From the NCBI GenBank assembly GCA_038141665.1, contig JAYQIN010000002.1, positions 3,604 through 67,603 on the forward strand: 64,000 nucleotides of DNA, given 5' to 3'. The notes under the pieces were generated by a model that saw only the letters and a list, made by a program, of their open reading frames with translations, had not been told where the DNA came from and did not search any database. The stretch's first letter is position 1; every line of letters begins with the position of its first letter. A program made the position numbers and the translations under genes. The stretch comes from Thiothrix sp. GTDB taxonomy: Bacteria > Pseudomonadota > Gammaproteobacteria > Poriferisulfidales > GCA-002705445. This document shows positions 1 through 10,125 of this stretch, piece after piece.

Positions 1-742
1 GATTAATTTTCTCAATTATCCATTCATATAAATCTCTATGATCTTCAAATTCTAGTGTACATAAAGAATGTGTAATATTCTCAATAGCATCAGAAATACA
101 ATGAGTAAAATCATACATTGGATAAATGCACCAATTATTTTGTGTTCTATGGTGCTCAATTTTTTTTATTCTATATATCACTGGATCTCTCATATTAATA
201 TTTGGCGAAGACATATCTATTTTTAGTCTTAAAACATATTCCCCATCATTAAATTTCCCTTGTTTCATTTGTTCAAATATTTTTAAACTTTCATCAGGAG
301 GCCTTTCTCTGTCTTTACTTTTTATTCCTGGCTCTGTAAGAGTTCCTCTTTCTTTTTTTATTCTTTCTGATGAAGAAGAATCAACGTAAGCAAAGTTATT
401 CCCAATAAGTTTTTGCGCATAAGCATAGAGTTGTTCAAAATAATCTGATGCATAATGTATTGAATCCCATTTATAACCAAGCCATTCAATATCATTTTTA
501 ATGGAATCAATATATTCAATATTTTCTTTTTCTGGATTTGTGTCATCGAATCTCAGATTACACTTACCGTTATAAGTTTTTGCAATTTCAAAGTTTAAAC
601 AGATAGATTTGGCATGGCCTATATGAAGATAACCGTTAGGTTCGGGCGGAAATCTGGTGTTAACTCGCCCACCAAATTTATTAGTGTTATTATCATTATC
701 AATAATATTAGTGATAAAATTTTTTGCTGTAGGTTTTTCCAT
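1..742 (-). CDS. glnS: glutaminyl-tRNA synthetase, N-terminal part (gene runs off window start)
   Basis: Minus-strand translation from ATG (plus 740-742) gives [15 protein letters not shown]...[23 protein letters not shown]...[38 protein letters not shown], colinear with E. coli GlnRS (HIGH motif). The frame is open to position 1. Confidence 0.8.
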   Translation of the reverse strand, partial: MEKPTAKNFITNIIDNDNNTNKFGGRVNTRFPPEPNGYLHIGHAKSICLNFEIAKTYNGKCNLRFDDTNPEKENIEYIDSIKNDIEWLGYKWDSIHYASDYFEQLYAYAQKLIGNNFAYVDSSSSERIKKERGTLTEPGIKSKDRERPPDESLKIFEQMKQGKFNDGEYVLRLKIDMSSPNINMRDPVIYRIKKIEHHRTQNNWCIYPMYDFTHCISDAIENITHSLCTLEFEDHRDLYEWIIEKIN

Positions 743-1559
743 GAAAAATACTGATGATTTACTAAATCCATATTATATACGTGATTCTCTTTCATTAGAA
801 TCAAAAATGCTTGTACCTGTTATTCAGGTATATGAAGAAGTCGATTCTACAAACAATGTTTTAATGCAGAAAAACTGTATATATCCTAATGGACATGCAT
901 GCTTTGCTGAAAACCAATACAAAGGTAGAGGGCTATCAAATAAATCGTGGATTGCTGCACAAAGCAATATTTGCTTTTCCGTAGCATGGAATTATGACAA
1001 AGCTTTAAAAATACCTCATATGCTAAATTATCATGTAGCTGTAAAATTAGTAGAAAATTTATCAAACAACGGATTTTTAGGGATTCAATGCAAATGGCCA
1101 AATGATCTCATTTATAATGGGTCAAAATTAGGGGGAATATTAATTGACATTGTCTATAAAAAAGATTCAACAATATTTTTAGTTGTTGGCATTGGGATAA
1201 ACTTAAAAGTTTCTGAAGACGATAAAAAAAATGTAAGTCAAAACATTGCAGATCTTTTGTCTTTGAAAAATATAGATCATTGCAATAGAAATAAAATTTC
1301 TGCAATTCTTCTAAATGCGGTCATTGAGTCATTGTCTGAATTTCAAAATTGCGATTACCAAAAACTTTCTGAAGACTGGAATAATATAGACTATAATTAC
1401 AATAAATTAAAAAATATTAAAATTGGTAGTAAGAAAATAAAAACAAAACTAATGGGTATAAATAATTTAGGTCAATTATGTTGCTCGCATGATGAAAAAA
1501 TACACCTATATAATTTTAATGAGGTTGAAATAATCAAAGATGAATTTTTGCGCAATTGA
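741..1559 (+). CDS. birA: biotin--[acetyl-CoA carboxylase] ligase (group I, no HTH domain)
   Basis: [25 protein letters not shown] and [20 protein letters not shown] match BirA GRGRRGR.W/KWPND motifs. The likely start is MKNTDD at 741 rather than the ORF-track start at 657. Confidence 0.7.
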   Translation: MKNTDDLLNPYYIRDSLSLESKMLVPVIQVYEEVDSTNNVLMQKNCIYPNGHACFAENQYKGRGLSNKSWIAAQSNICFSVAWNYDKALKIPHMLNYHVAVKLVENLSNNGFLGIQCKWPNDLIYNGSKLGGILIDIVYKKDSTIFLVVGIGINLKVSEDDKKNVSQNIADLLSLKNIDHCNRNKISAILLNAVIESLSEFQNCDYQKLSEDWNNIDYNYNKLKNIKIGSKKIKTKLMGINNLGQLCCSHDEKIHLYNFNEVEIIKDEFLRN

Positions 1560-2277
1560 TTTTGGACACACTAACTATAAATTAGCTCTTTTTCAAGATG
1601 GTAATATTTTTTCAGTTCAAAGAAATAGTTATGAAAATATATCTGAATTAAATAATTTAAGTGCTATTGTTAAAAAATTTAATTGCGAGAAAGTTGTCTG
1701 TTGCAATGTACTTAAAGAAACTGATTTGCAACTAATCACGAATGAGCTACCGAGTGATCTTAAAGAGATAATAAAATTTATTAATTCTGAAGATTGCAAT
1801 AAATATATTTCCTTAGCATATAAAAATAATTTAAATAATTTAGGCGTAGATAGAGCTTTAAACCTAGTAGGAGCATCCGTAAAAACAAACAAAGACATTA
1901 TTGTTATTGATGCAGGAACGGCTACAACAATTGACTATCTTGATTCCAACAAAAATCACATAGGAGGTATTATTCTCCCTAGCAAAGAACTTATTGATAG
2001 TATATTTATGGAAATGTTAGATTTTGATTTTTCAAATGATGAGCTAATCGAAGGAATTTTTTCATCTAACACACGATCTAGCATTGAAAATGGCTCTACA
2101 ATATCTGCATATCATTCGATAAATAATATTTTAGACAAGATGATTGAATGTAGAAATATTACGCCAGATATTTATGTGACTGGAGGAAATTCTAAAAGCA
2201 TTTTAGACAATTGTAACTACCCTGTAATCCATGTAGAATCACTTCTTTTTGAAGGTGTTTTAGTATTTGAAGAGTAG
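1540..2277 (+). CDS. coaX: type III pantothenate kinase (Baf/CoaX family)
   Basis: [19 protein letters not shown]-terminus and IVIDAGTATTIDYLD acetate/sugar-kinase fold motifs. Position downstream of birA is typical. Confidence 0.65.
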   Translation: MNFCAIDFGHTNYKLALFQDGNIFSVQRNSYENISELNNLSAIVKKFNCEKVVCCNVLKETDLQLITNELPSDLKEIIKFINSEDCNKYISLAYKNNLNNLGVDRALNLVGASVKTNKDIIVIDAGTATTIDYLDSNKNHIGGIILPSKELIDSIFMEMLDFDFSNDELIEGIFSSNTRSSIENGSTISAYHSINNILDKMIECRNITPDIYVTGGNSKSILDNCNYPVIHVESLLFEGVLVFEE

Positions 2278-2282
2278 AAATT

Positions 2283-2358
2283 GCCGCCTTAGCTCATTTG
2301 GTAGAGCAGTTGTTTTGTAATCAGCAGGTAGTCAGTTCGATTCTGACAGGCGGCTCCA
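2283..2358 (+). tRNA. thrU: tRNA-Thr (anticodon UGU)
   Basis: 76-nt cloverleaf GCCGCCT..AGGCGGC-U-CCA. D-loop carries GG, T-loop is TTCGATT, anticodon loop is TTTGTAA. Resembles E. coli thrU. Confidence 0.65.
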
Positions 2359-2489
2359 TATACTACTATAGTAATATTAAGACAGTTGTTTTATTACCCA
2401 TAATAGGTTATCTTAATAAGCATAAGTTAATATAGGTAAATAACAATATTTGAGTATTTAAAGAAGCTTAGGAAAAACGTAATGATGCA

Positions 2490-2882
2490 ATGAATGGACA
2501 ACTAATACTTATACCAGGCCGCTCTGCAAAACAAGGAGTGGGGCTGAATAAGGGTAAGCTTAAGGAAGAGTATATTAGAGTCACAACTACGCTTGAAATT
2601 AGTTTCGAAGACGCAGCAGAGCTGGGTCTTGAAACAGCTGATATAGTCAAGATTAGTAATCATATTGGCGAAACTGAAGTCCAATTAAAAGTTCTAAGAG
2701 AAGGTAAAATTCCTGTGGGTTATGCATTCATTCCTTATGGTCCGCCATCAAGTTGCTTATTTGATGGAGAGACTTGTTCTACCGGTATGCCAGCTTCGAA
2801 GGGAATGACTATAGATATAGAGTTTGTTAAAAAAGGTGTAAAGAAGAAGACTGCTTTACCACCAAAAACTGCAGTTGGTTAA
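2490..2882 (+). CDS. fwdD: formylmethanofuran dehydrogenase subunit D-like (molybdopterin dinucleotide-binding domain protein)
   Basis: 130 aa, the size and beta-barrel-like composition of FwdD/FmdD. Sits first in the fwd/fhc-like cluster. Confidence 0.5.
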   Translation: MNGQLILIPGRSAKQGVGLNKGKLKEEYIRVTTTLEISFEDAAELGLETADIVKISNHIGETEVQLKVLREGKIPVGYAFIPYGPPSSCLFDGETCSTGMPASKGMTIDIEFVKKGVKKKTALPPKTAVG

Positions 2883-2909
2883 GGAGAAGATTTAGTTAAA
2901 GGAGATTTT

Positions 2910-4280
2910 ATGAGTGCGGCAACAAAAGATAATAAAATTGTAAATGAAAAAATTGTAGAGAATGCAACTTGTACTTTTTGTGGGTGTTGTTGTGATGATA
3001 TAACTTTGACAGTTGACATGGATAAAAAAGTTATCACAAAAGCTAAAGATGCTTGCATACTCGGAAAGTCTTGGTTTTTAAATCATGTTATAGAAGACAA
3101 ACCTATAGCAAGAATTGATGGAAAAGAGGTTCCTTTAGATGATGCAATTGATGAAGCTGCAAAAGTTTTAATGGATGCAAAGTTTCCAATACTATACGGA
3201 ATGAGTGACACAATATGCGAAGCTCAAAGACAATGCGCGCCAATTATGGATGATTGTGGAGGCACAATTGATACAACAACTTCAGTTTGTCATGGCCCAT
3301 CAGGCATGGCTTTTCAAGGAGTTGGTGAGCCAAGTATGACTTTGGGTGAAGTAAAAAATAGAGCTGATTTTGTAATGTATTGGGGCGGTAATCCAGCTGA
3401 AGCACACCCAAGACATTTTGCAAGATATGCTGTTACACCAGAAGGTATGTTTACTCCTAACGGGAAAGATGATCGTACAGTTGTGATCTGTGATGTAAGA
3501 CATACAAAAACTGCAGGTGTTGCTGATATATTTTTGCAAATAAAACCAGGTAAAGATTTTGAATTTTTGTGGATCTTAAGAGCTGCTTGTAAAGGGGTGG
3601 CTATTCCAGAAAATTGTAAAGAAATTTGTGGTATAGATAAAGAAGTCGCTGAAGACCTTTTTAATAAAATGAAGAATTGTAATTATGGAGTTATATTCTT
3701 TGGAATGGGTTTGACAATGACTAGAGGAAGGCATTTTAATTCTGGAGCATTAATGGCATTAGCAACAGATCTAAATGAATTCACACATTTCGTTGCAAAA
3801 CCAGCAAGAGGGCATGGAAATGTTACTGGTGCGGACAATGTTGTTTCTTGGCAAACTGGTTACCCATTTGGAGTTAACTTTAGTAGAGGCCATCCAAGAT
3901 TTAATCCTGGTGAATTTACAACTGTAGATACTTTGACAAGAAAAGAAGCAGATGCTGCTTTAATTATAGCAAGTGATCCAGTAGCAAATTTCCCAAAGCC
4001 TGCAATTGATCATATAACAAGTGATAAGTGCAAATTAATATCTATAGATACAAAAAACACACCGACAAGTGAAGCTGCACATGTTTCTATTCAAACTAGT
4101 ACTTATGGTATTAATACTGGTGGAACAGTTTATAGAATGGATGATGTTCCGATTAGTTTGAGACCTGCGTTTGATTCACCATTTCCTAGTGATCTAGAGG
4201 TGCTAACAAAACTTAGAAAAAAAGTTAATGAGTTGTCTAAAAAAGCTAATAGGCCATATGCAACTCGTAAATACATGTGA
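2910..4280 (+). CDS. fhcB: formylmethanofuran dehydrogenase subunit B homolog (FwdB/FhcB)
   Basis: 456 aa. N-terminal Cys cluster CTFCGCCCDD resembles the FwdB CxFCGxxCDD Fe-S motif, with the molybdopterin-oxidoreductase-like fold following. Confidence 0.7.
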   Translation: MSAATKDNKIVNEKIVENATCTFCGCCCDDITLTVDMDKKVITKAKDACILGKSWFLNHVIEDKPIARIDGKEVPLDDAIDEAAKVLMDAKFPILYGMSDTICEAQRQCAPIMDDCGGTIDTTTSVCHGPSGMAFQGVGEPSMTLGEVKNRADFVMYWGGNPAEAHPRHFARYAVTPEGMFTPNGKDDRTVVICDVRHTKTAGVADIFLQIKPGKDFEFLWILRAACKGVAIPENCKEICGIDKEVAEDLFNKMKNCNYGVIFFGMGLTMTRGRHFNSGALMALATDLNEFTHFVAKPARGHGNVTGADNVVSWQTGYPFGVNFSRGHPRFNPGEFTTVDTLTRKEADAALIIASDPVANFPKPAIDHITSDKCKLISIDTKNTPTSEAAHVSIQTSTYGINTGGTVYRMDDVPISLRPAFDSPFPSDLEVLTKLRKKVNELSKKANRPYATRKYM

Positions 4281-4326
4281 GTACGTTTAAATAAATATAA
4301 AAAATTAAAAAAGGTTTGAATTAATC

Positions 4327-5994
4327 ATGAGTAATGAAATTCGCATCATAAACGGTATTGTTTTTGATCCTACAAATGAAATCGAAGGAAAAGTTTGCGA
4401 CATTTGTATTAAAGACGGAAAAATTGTTTCTGAAGTTTCAAAAGCAGCAAAAATTATCGACGCAAAAGGAATGGCAGTGATGCCTGGCGGCGTTGACATT
4501 CATTGTCACATCACAGGACCTAAAGTAAATTTAGCTAGAAAATTAATGCCTGAAGATCATAGGTTAGACCCGCATTTTAAAACTCCTTATACACAATCTG
4601 GAACAGGAGGTATTGTTCCTTCAACTTTTGCTACTGGATATAGGTATGCAACATTAGGCTATACAACTGCGATGGAAGCTGCAGTACCGCCATTAACTGC
4701 TAGGCATGCTCTCGAAGAAATGTATGATACTCCGATTATTGACAATGGATTTTATGTTTTACTTGGAAATAATCTTTTTTTACAAAGTTTAATATACGAA
4801 GGTCGTTATGCAGAATTTAAGGAGGCTGTTGCCTGGTGGTTAAATGCTACAAAAGCATACACTGTTAAGTTAGTAAATCCAGGAGGAGACGAGCCATGGA
4901 AAGGGCACAAGAATCTTAACGTTAAAAGTATTGATGAAGATAGTAAAGCTACAGATGTAGCCCCACGAAAAGTTATTGAAGCATTTATTGATGCCGTTCA
5001 TGAGTTAGGATTACCTCATCCTCCGCATATACATTGCAATAATTTAGGACACAGTGGAAACTTTGATACAACTTTAGAAAGCATGAAAACTGCTGGCGAC
5101 AGAAGACTACATGTTGCGCACATTCAGTTTAATAGTTATGCAGGTGAACTAGGCAAACCACCAAAATCAGCTTCAAAAGAAATTACAGACTATGTTAATG
5201 ACCATCAAAATATTACTTGTGATGTTGGGCAAGTAATGTTTGGTAAAGCAATGTTTATGACAGCTGATGCTCCTTTAACCTATTTATTAAGAAGTTATAA
5301 AAAAGAAAAATGGGTAAACGCAGACACAGAGTGCGAAAGTGGTTGCGGTATTTTACCTTTTGATTATCAAGGTATGATTTACACTCATGCATTGCAATGG
5401 GCTATAGGCTTAGAAATATTTTTACTATCTAAAGACCCGTGGAGAATAGTTCTGTCAACTGATCATCCAAATGGCGGATCATTTGCAAATTATCCATTAG
5501 TAATAAAATTATTAATGGATTATGAATTTAGAAAAGTAGCAATGAAAAGTGTAAATCAAAAAGCAATGAACAGTACAATATTAGGTGAGCTAAAAAGAGA
5601 ATATACACTAAATGAAATATGCATTATTACAAGAGCTGGCCCAGCCAAATGTTTGGGTTTGAAAGATAAAGGTCATTTGGGTGTAGGCGCTGATGCTGAT
5701 ATTACTATATACGATATGCTAGAAGATAAAGAAGAAATGTTTAACGCGCCAAGATACGTTATGAAAGCAGGCCAATTGTTAATAGCAGATCATGAATTTG
5801 TTAGCGATTATACGGACAAAAAGGTTCTACGTGTAGCACCTGATTATGATAGAGAAATAGAAAAAGTTATAAAACCATTCTTTGATGATTTTTATTCTGT
5901 TTCTTATAGCAATTACGCAATTCAAGATGATTATTTACATGGCACAGGTAAGGTAATAGAAACAAAAAAGAAAAATAGTATTTATGAAAATTAA
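4327..5994 (+). CDS. fhcA: formylmethanofuran dehydrogenase subunit A homolog / Fhc subunit A (amidohydrolase fold)
   Basis: 555 aa. GVDIHCHITGPKVN metal-binding HxH motif of the FwdA/amidohydrolase superfamily. Length matches FhcA (~548 aa). Confidence 0.75.
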   Translation: MSNEIRIINGIVFDPTNEIEGKVCDICIKDGKIVSEVSKAAKIIDAKGMAVMPGGVDIHCHITGPKVNLARKLMPEDHRLDPHFKTPYTQSGTGGIVPSTFATGYRYATLGYTTAMEAAVPPLTARHALEEMYDTPIIDNGFYVLLGNNLFLQSLIYEGRYAEFKEAVAWWLNATKAYTVKLVNPGGDEPWKGHKNLNVKSIDEDSKATDVAPRKVIEAFIDAVHELGLPHPPHIHCNNLGHSGNFDTTLESMKTAGDRRLHVAHIQFNSYAGELGKPPKSASKEITDYVNDHQNITCDVGQVMFGKAMFMTADAPLTYLLRSYKKEKWVNADTECESGCGILPFDYQGMIYTHALQWAIGLEIFLLSKDPWRIVLSTDHPNGGSFANYPLVIKLLMDYEFRKVAMKSVNQKAMNSTILGELKREYTLNEICIITRAGPAKCLGLKDKGHLGVGADADITIYDMLEDKEEMFNAPRYVMKAGQLLIADHEFVSDYTDKKVLRVAPDYDREIEKVIKPFFDDFYSVSYSNYAIQDDYLHGTGKVIETKKKNSIYEN

Positions 5995-6871
5995 TAATAC
6001 AGAAATAGTTGATACATATGCAGAAGCTTTTTCAATGTGGTCTGCAAAAGTAATTATTACAGCAGAAAATGATTATTGGGCTGAAGGTGCTGCTAGAGCA
6101 ATGACAGGTATGGCAACTTCTGTGATAGGTTGTAAGTGTGAAGCAGGTATAGACATGAAGCTATCTCCAGACGAAACTCCAGATGGGAGACCTGGTTATA
6201 GCATTCTAGTTTTTACAATGGATAAACCTAGTTTAGGGAAAAGATTAATTGAAAGGATAGGACAATGTGTAATGACTTGTCCAACAACAGCATGTTTTAG
6301 TGGGTATGAAACTGAAGATACTGTAAACGTTGGCGGGGCTTTAAGGTATTTTGGAGATGGTCATCAGATAGGAAAAAAAATCCAGAACAAAAGATACTGG
6401 AGAATCCCAGTTTTTGATGGAGAATTTATAATTCATGAAAATTTTGGAGTTAAAGAATCTGTAGGAGGAGGAAACTTTTATATTCTTGGTGATAATGTTA
6501 AAGATTGTTTAGATGCTTGTTACGATGCTGTAAAAGTTATGAAAAGAGTTGAAAATGTTATTATGCCTTTTCCCAAAGGAGTAGTTAGAAGTGGAAGTAA
6601 AGTTGGTTCAAAATATAAAGATCTAGTTGCATCAACAAATCACATCTATTGCCCCACTTTAAAAGGTGTAGTTAAAAATTCAGCCGTACCCGATAATGTA
6701 CATACTTGTTATGAGATTGTAGTTGATGGTTCTGATGAAAAAGCAGTTGCAGAAGCAATGAAAGTAGGAATGCATGCTGCTGCTAAAGACGGAGTCACTC
6801 AGATAACTGCTGGAAATTTTGGTGGTAAACTTGGTAAATATAAATTTCACTTAAAGGATTTGCTAGATTAA
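5984..6871 (+). CDS. fhcD: formylmethanofuran:tetrahydromethanopterin formyltransferase homolog (Ftr/FhcD)
   Basis: 295 aa, Ftr-sized. Lies between the fwdA and fwdC homologs as in methylotroph fhc operons. Confidence 0.65.
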   Translation: MKINNTEIVDTYAEAFSMWSAKVIITAENDYWAEGAARAMTGMATSVIGCKCEAGIDMKLSPDETPDGRPGYSILVFTMDKPSLGKRLIERIGQCVMTCPTTACFSGYETEDTVNVGGALRYFGDGHQIGKKIQNKRYWRIPVFDGEFIIHENFGVKESVGGGNFYILGDNVKDCLDACYDAVKVMKRVENVIMPFPKGVVRSGSKVGSKYKDLVASTNHIYCPTLKGVVKNSAVPDNVHTCYEIVVDGSDEKAVAEAMKVGMHAAAKDGVTQITAGNFGGKLGKYKFHLKDLLD

Positions 6872-6880
6872 AAAAACATA

Positions 6881-7687
6881 ATGAAATTAAAATTACATAC
6901 AAAACCTGATGTTCCTTTAGAAGCTGAAAGCATTACACCTTCAGTAATTAATAAACTAAAGATTAAAGAAATTGAGAAAGTTAAAATTTTTCATGGCAAT
7001 AGAGAAGAAAATATAGCTGATTTTTTTTCTGTTTCTAAAAGTAAAACCGAGGCGCTTGAAGTTGAAGGCGACATGAATCGAATAAAATACTTAGGTGCAA
7101 ATATGCATGATGGAGAGATGTATATTGAGGGTAATGCTGGAGCACATTTAGGTTCGGCAATGTCAGGTGGGTTTATAAGAGTTAATGGTAATACTGGAGA
7201 TTGGGTTGCCCCTGAAATGTCTGGGGGAAGAATTCATATTTCCGGAAATTCTGGACATTGTGTTGCAAGTGCATATAGAGGAGCCTCTAAAGGTGTCTCA
7301 GGTGGTGAGATCGTTATTGAAGGTAATGTTAAAAATGAATTAGGCCACGCAATGGCAGGAGCTACAATGGTTGTAGGTGGAAATTGCGGAGATTTTGCCG
7401 GAGTAAATATGATATCAGGAACTATTTTAACTTTTGGAGAAATGGGTATTAGGACTGGAGCAGGTATGAAAAGAGGCTCTATAATATGTATAGATAATTT
7501 AGAAGTATTGCCAACCTTTTCTTACGATTGTTTATATAATCCAACATATTTAAAATTATTCTTTAAATATATAAATGAAAATACAAAGATTGATATAGAT
7601 GACAAAATTATTAATGGCTCATTTCATAGATGGAGTGGAGATGCAATTGAAATGAATCGTGGAGAACTTTTAGTTTATTCTGCGTAG
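6881..7687 (+). CDS. fhcC: formylmethanofuran dehydrogenase subunit C homolog (FwdC/FhcC, GXGXXG-repeat beta-helix)
   Basis: 268 aa with repeated G-N-x-G / SGG motifs (GNAGAHLGSAMSGGFIRVNGNTGDWVAPEMSGGRIHISGNSGH...), typical of the FwdC/GltB C-terminal domain. Confidence 0.75.
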   Translation: MKLKLHTKPDVPLEAESITPSVINKLKIKEIEKVKIFHGNREENIADFFSVSKSKTEALEVEGDMNRIKYLGANMHDGEMYIEGNAGAHLGSAMSGGFIRVNGNTGDWVAPEMSGGRIHISGNSGHCVASAYRGASKGVSGGEIVIEGNVKNELGHAMAGATMVVGGNCGDFAGVNMISGTILTFGEMGIRTGAGMKRGSIICIDNLEVLPTFSYDCLYNPTYLKLFFKYINENTKIDIDDKIINGSFHRWSGDAIEMNRGELLVYSA

Positions 7688-7723
7688 GTATATAATTTAG
7701 TAAAGTAATTAGGAGCATTTATT

Positions 7724-8029
7724 ATGACAACGGTAGTAACAGATAATTGTAGAGGATGTAGATTTACTGATTGCGTTTCAGTTTGTCCCGTTGAGGCATT
7801 TCATGTTGATGATGAGATGTTATACATCAATCCTGATGTATGCATAGATTGTAGCGCCTGTGTTCCCGAATGTCCTGTAGAAGCAATTTATGAAGAAGAT
7901 GATCTGCCTGATGGACAAGAGCATTGGGTTGATATTAATGAAGAAAGATCACAAGAAACCCCAAACATTACTGAAACTCTAGAGCCGCTTGAAGGCGCAG
8001 AAGATAAAAGAGAAGCATTAGGTTTATAA
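7724..8029 (+). CDS. fdxA: ferredoxin (7Fe/2x[4Fe-4S]-type, FdxA-like)
   Basis: TDNCRGCRFTDCVSVCPVEAF...CIDCSACVPECPVEAIY gives two Cys clusters with the CP motif. 101 aa. Confidence 0.7.
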   Translation: MTTVVTDNCRGCRFTDCVSVCPVEAFHVDDEMLYINPDVCIDCSACVPECPVEAIYEEDDLPDGQEHWVDINEERSQETPNITETLEPLEGAEDKREALGL

Positions 8030-8041
8030 TTTTTATAAAGA

Positions 8042-9472
8042 GTGAAAAAAATGAGCAAATTAGGAAGTTCGGATAACCCTTTGAAAGTTGCAATCGTTGG
8101 AGCCGGTCCAAGTGGATTTTATGCTGCAGATGCTTTAATTAATTCAGATTTAAAAGTCGAAGTAAATCTAATTGAAAAGCTTTGTGCTCCATATGGACTT
8201 GTAAGAACAGGCGTTGCGCCAGACCATGCATTAATCAAAAAAAGTATTGAAAAATTTGCTGTAATGGCAGAGCCAGAAGAATTTAATTACTTTGGAAATG
8301 TAAGTGTTGGAAAAGACATAACTGTAGATGCTCTAAAAGAAACTCACCATGCTGTAATCATTACAATGGGAGCTGAAACTGATAGGAAGCTTGGTATACC
8401 TGGTGAAGATTTAAAAGGTAGTCATACTGCTACAGAGTTTGTTGCATGGTATAATGGACACCCTGAATATAGAGAAAGAGAGTTTGATCTTTCCCATGAA
8501 AATGCAGTCATCATTGGACAAGGCAATGTTGCTGCTGACGTCGCAAGAATACTTTCAAAAACAGTAGATGAGCTAAAACATACAGATATATCTCAACATG
8601 CACTAGACGTTTTAGAAACTAGTAAAGTTAAAAATATCTATATTGTTGGCAGAAGAGGTCCTGCTCAAGGAGCAATGACATCAAAAGAGCTTAAAGAGTT
8701 TGGAGAGTTACAAGAGTGTGATACTTTTGTTGATCCAAGTGAAGCAATTCTGAATAATTCTAGTGAGGAAGAGCTCGCTGATCGAAACGGAAGAGCGGCA
8801 AAAAAAATATATGAATTATTTGCTGGTTATGCCGAGCCAAAAAGTCCTCATAAAGCAAGAAGCTTCCCATGGACCAAGCCTTATATAAAACCAAGAAAAT
8901 GCCATATACAATTTTTAAGAAGTCCAGTGGAATTGAAAGGCAAAAATAAATTAGAGACAGTTGTATTTGAAAAAAATGCACTTTCAGGAGAACCATTTAA
9001 ACAATCTGCCAGAGGAACTGGTGAATTAGAAGAGCTTAAAGCTGGAATTTTATTTAGAAGTATTGGATACAGAGGGGTACCTTTGGATGGAGTGCCATTT
9101 CATGATGCTTGGGGCGTTATTCCAAATGTGAAAGGAAAAGTTACTGAAGATAATGAAAATAAAATAATTGTCCCACAACTATATACAGCTGGATGGATTA
9201 AAAGAGGTCCAAGTGGAATTATTGGCACAAACAAAGCTTGCGCTAATGAGACCATCGAAGAGCTTATGTTAGATTTAGAAAAGTTAGATGATAAAAAAGA
9301 AAAGCTTGGAAATAAAAAAATTCGTGAAATCTTAGATGCAAAAAAAGTAAGATATATTAATTTTATTGAATGGGAAGTTATAGATAAGCATGAAGTTGAA
9401 AATGGCAAGCCAAAAGGAAAACCAAGAGAAAAATTTACATACACCGAAGAGATGTTAGGACTACTAACCTAA
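8042..9472 (+). CDS. fprA: NADPH:ferredoxin (adrenodoxin-type) reductase, FprA family
   Basis: VAIVGAGPSGFYAA FAD Rossmann motif, VIIGQGNVAADVARIL NADP Rossmann motif, YTAGWIKRGPSGIIGTNK. Colinear with M. tuberculosis FprA (~456 aa). Confidence 0.7.
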   Translation: MKKMSKLGSSDNPLKVAIVGAGPSGFYAADALINSDLKVEVNLIEKLCAPYGLVRTGVAPDHALIKKSIEKFAVMAEPEEFNYFGNVSVGKDITVDALKETHHAVIITMGAETDRKLGIPGEDLKGSHTATEFVAWYNGHPEYREREFDLSHENAVIIGQGNVAADVARILSKTVDELKHTDISQHALDVLETSKVKNIYIVGRRGPAQGAMTSKELKEFGELQECDTFVDPSEAILNNSSEEELADRNGRAAKKIYELFAGYAEPKSPHKARSFPWTKPYIKPRKCHIQFLRSPVELKGKNKLETVVFEKNALSGEPFKQSARGTGELEELKAGILFRSIGYRGVPLDGVPFHDAWGVIPNVKGKVTEDNENKIIVPQLYTAGWIKRGPSGIIGTNKACANETIEELMLDLEKLDDKKEKLGNKKIREILDAKKVRYINFIEWEVIDKHEVENGKPKGKPREKFTYTEEMLGLLT

Positions 9473-9562
9473 AACTATCTTAAAATTTAAAAAAATTTTT
9501 ATAAAAATATTTTCTAGTTAATACAACAAATTAAAACGTGTAAATAATGAAAGAGAAGTGCG

Positions 9563-10033
9563 ATGATAAATAATAAAGATATGGATGAAGCACGTAATGC
9601 CTGGGGCGATGGCATAATTTCGATTTCAAAAACCTATGAAGAAAAAGGTATCGAAGAAGCCATAATAGTAGCAAGGAAAATTTTACAAGATTTGTATGCT
9701 TTCGAACTCGGACCTATATTATTTAAGCCAACTTTGAGTGGAAGTGATCAGACATTTCGTTCAAATTTAGAAGGCGCTCTGTCTTATTTTGTTGGTGATA
9801 ATCCAAAATACCCTATGGATAACGGCTTTGTAATAAATTCATGGTGCAAATTTGAGTCCAAAACCTCAGATGTTTTTATAGATGAAAATATTGCAATCTG
9901 GATGGGGTGGGTAACTTTTACCAATAAAAATGGTGATACTATGAAAGTTGATAAAAGCTGGGCATATAAAAAAATGCCAAATGGTAACTTAAATATCGTT
10001 TTACACCACTCGTCGTTACCGCATAAAAATTAA
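9563..10033 (+). CDS. hypothetical cytoplasmic protein (possibly NTF2/SnoaL-like fold)
   Basis: 156-aa ORF with no signal peptide and Trp-rich C-terminal half. No family recognised with confidence. Confidence 0.3.
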   Translation: MINNKDMDEARNAWGDGIISISKTYEEKGIEEAIIVARKILQDLYAFELGPILFKPTLSGSDQTFRSNLEGALSYFVGDNPKYPMDNGFVINSWCKFESKTSDVFIDENIAIWMGWVTFTNKNGDTMKVDKSWAYKKMPNGNLNIVLHHSSLPHKN

Positions 10034-10125
10034 TTTTATCTTTATAATTTTTTCTTAAAACCCTATAAAAAATAAAGACTTTATCACCCCTTGAAAATTA
10101 TATAAATTTCATCAATAATATTATT

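Noticed and set aside
126-804. Three small ORFs from the six-frame track (126-389 +, 358-546 -, 619-804 -)
   Set aside because: They lie in alternative frames inside the glnS coding region. The true minus-strand frame, open to the window edge, aligns to GlnRS along its whole length.
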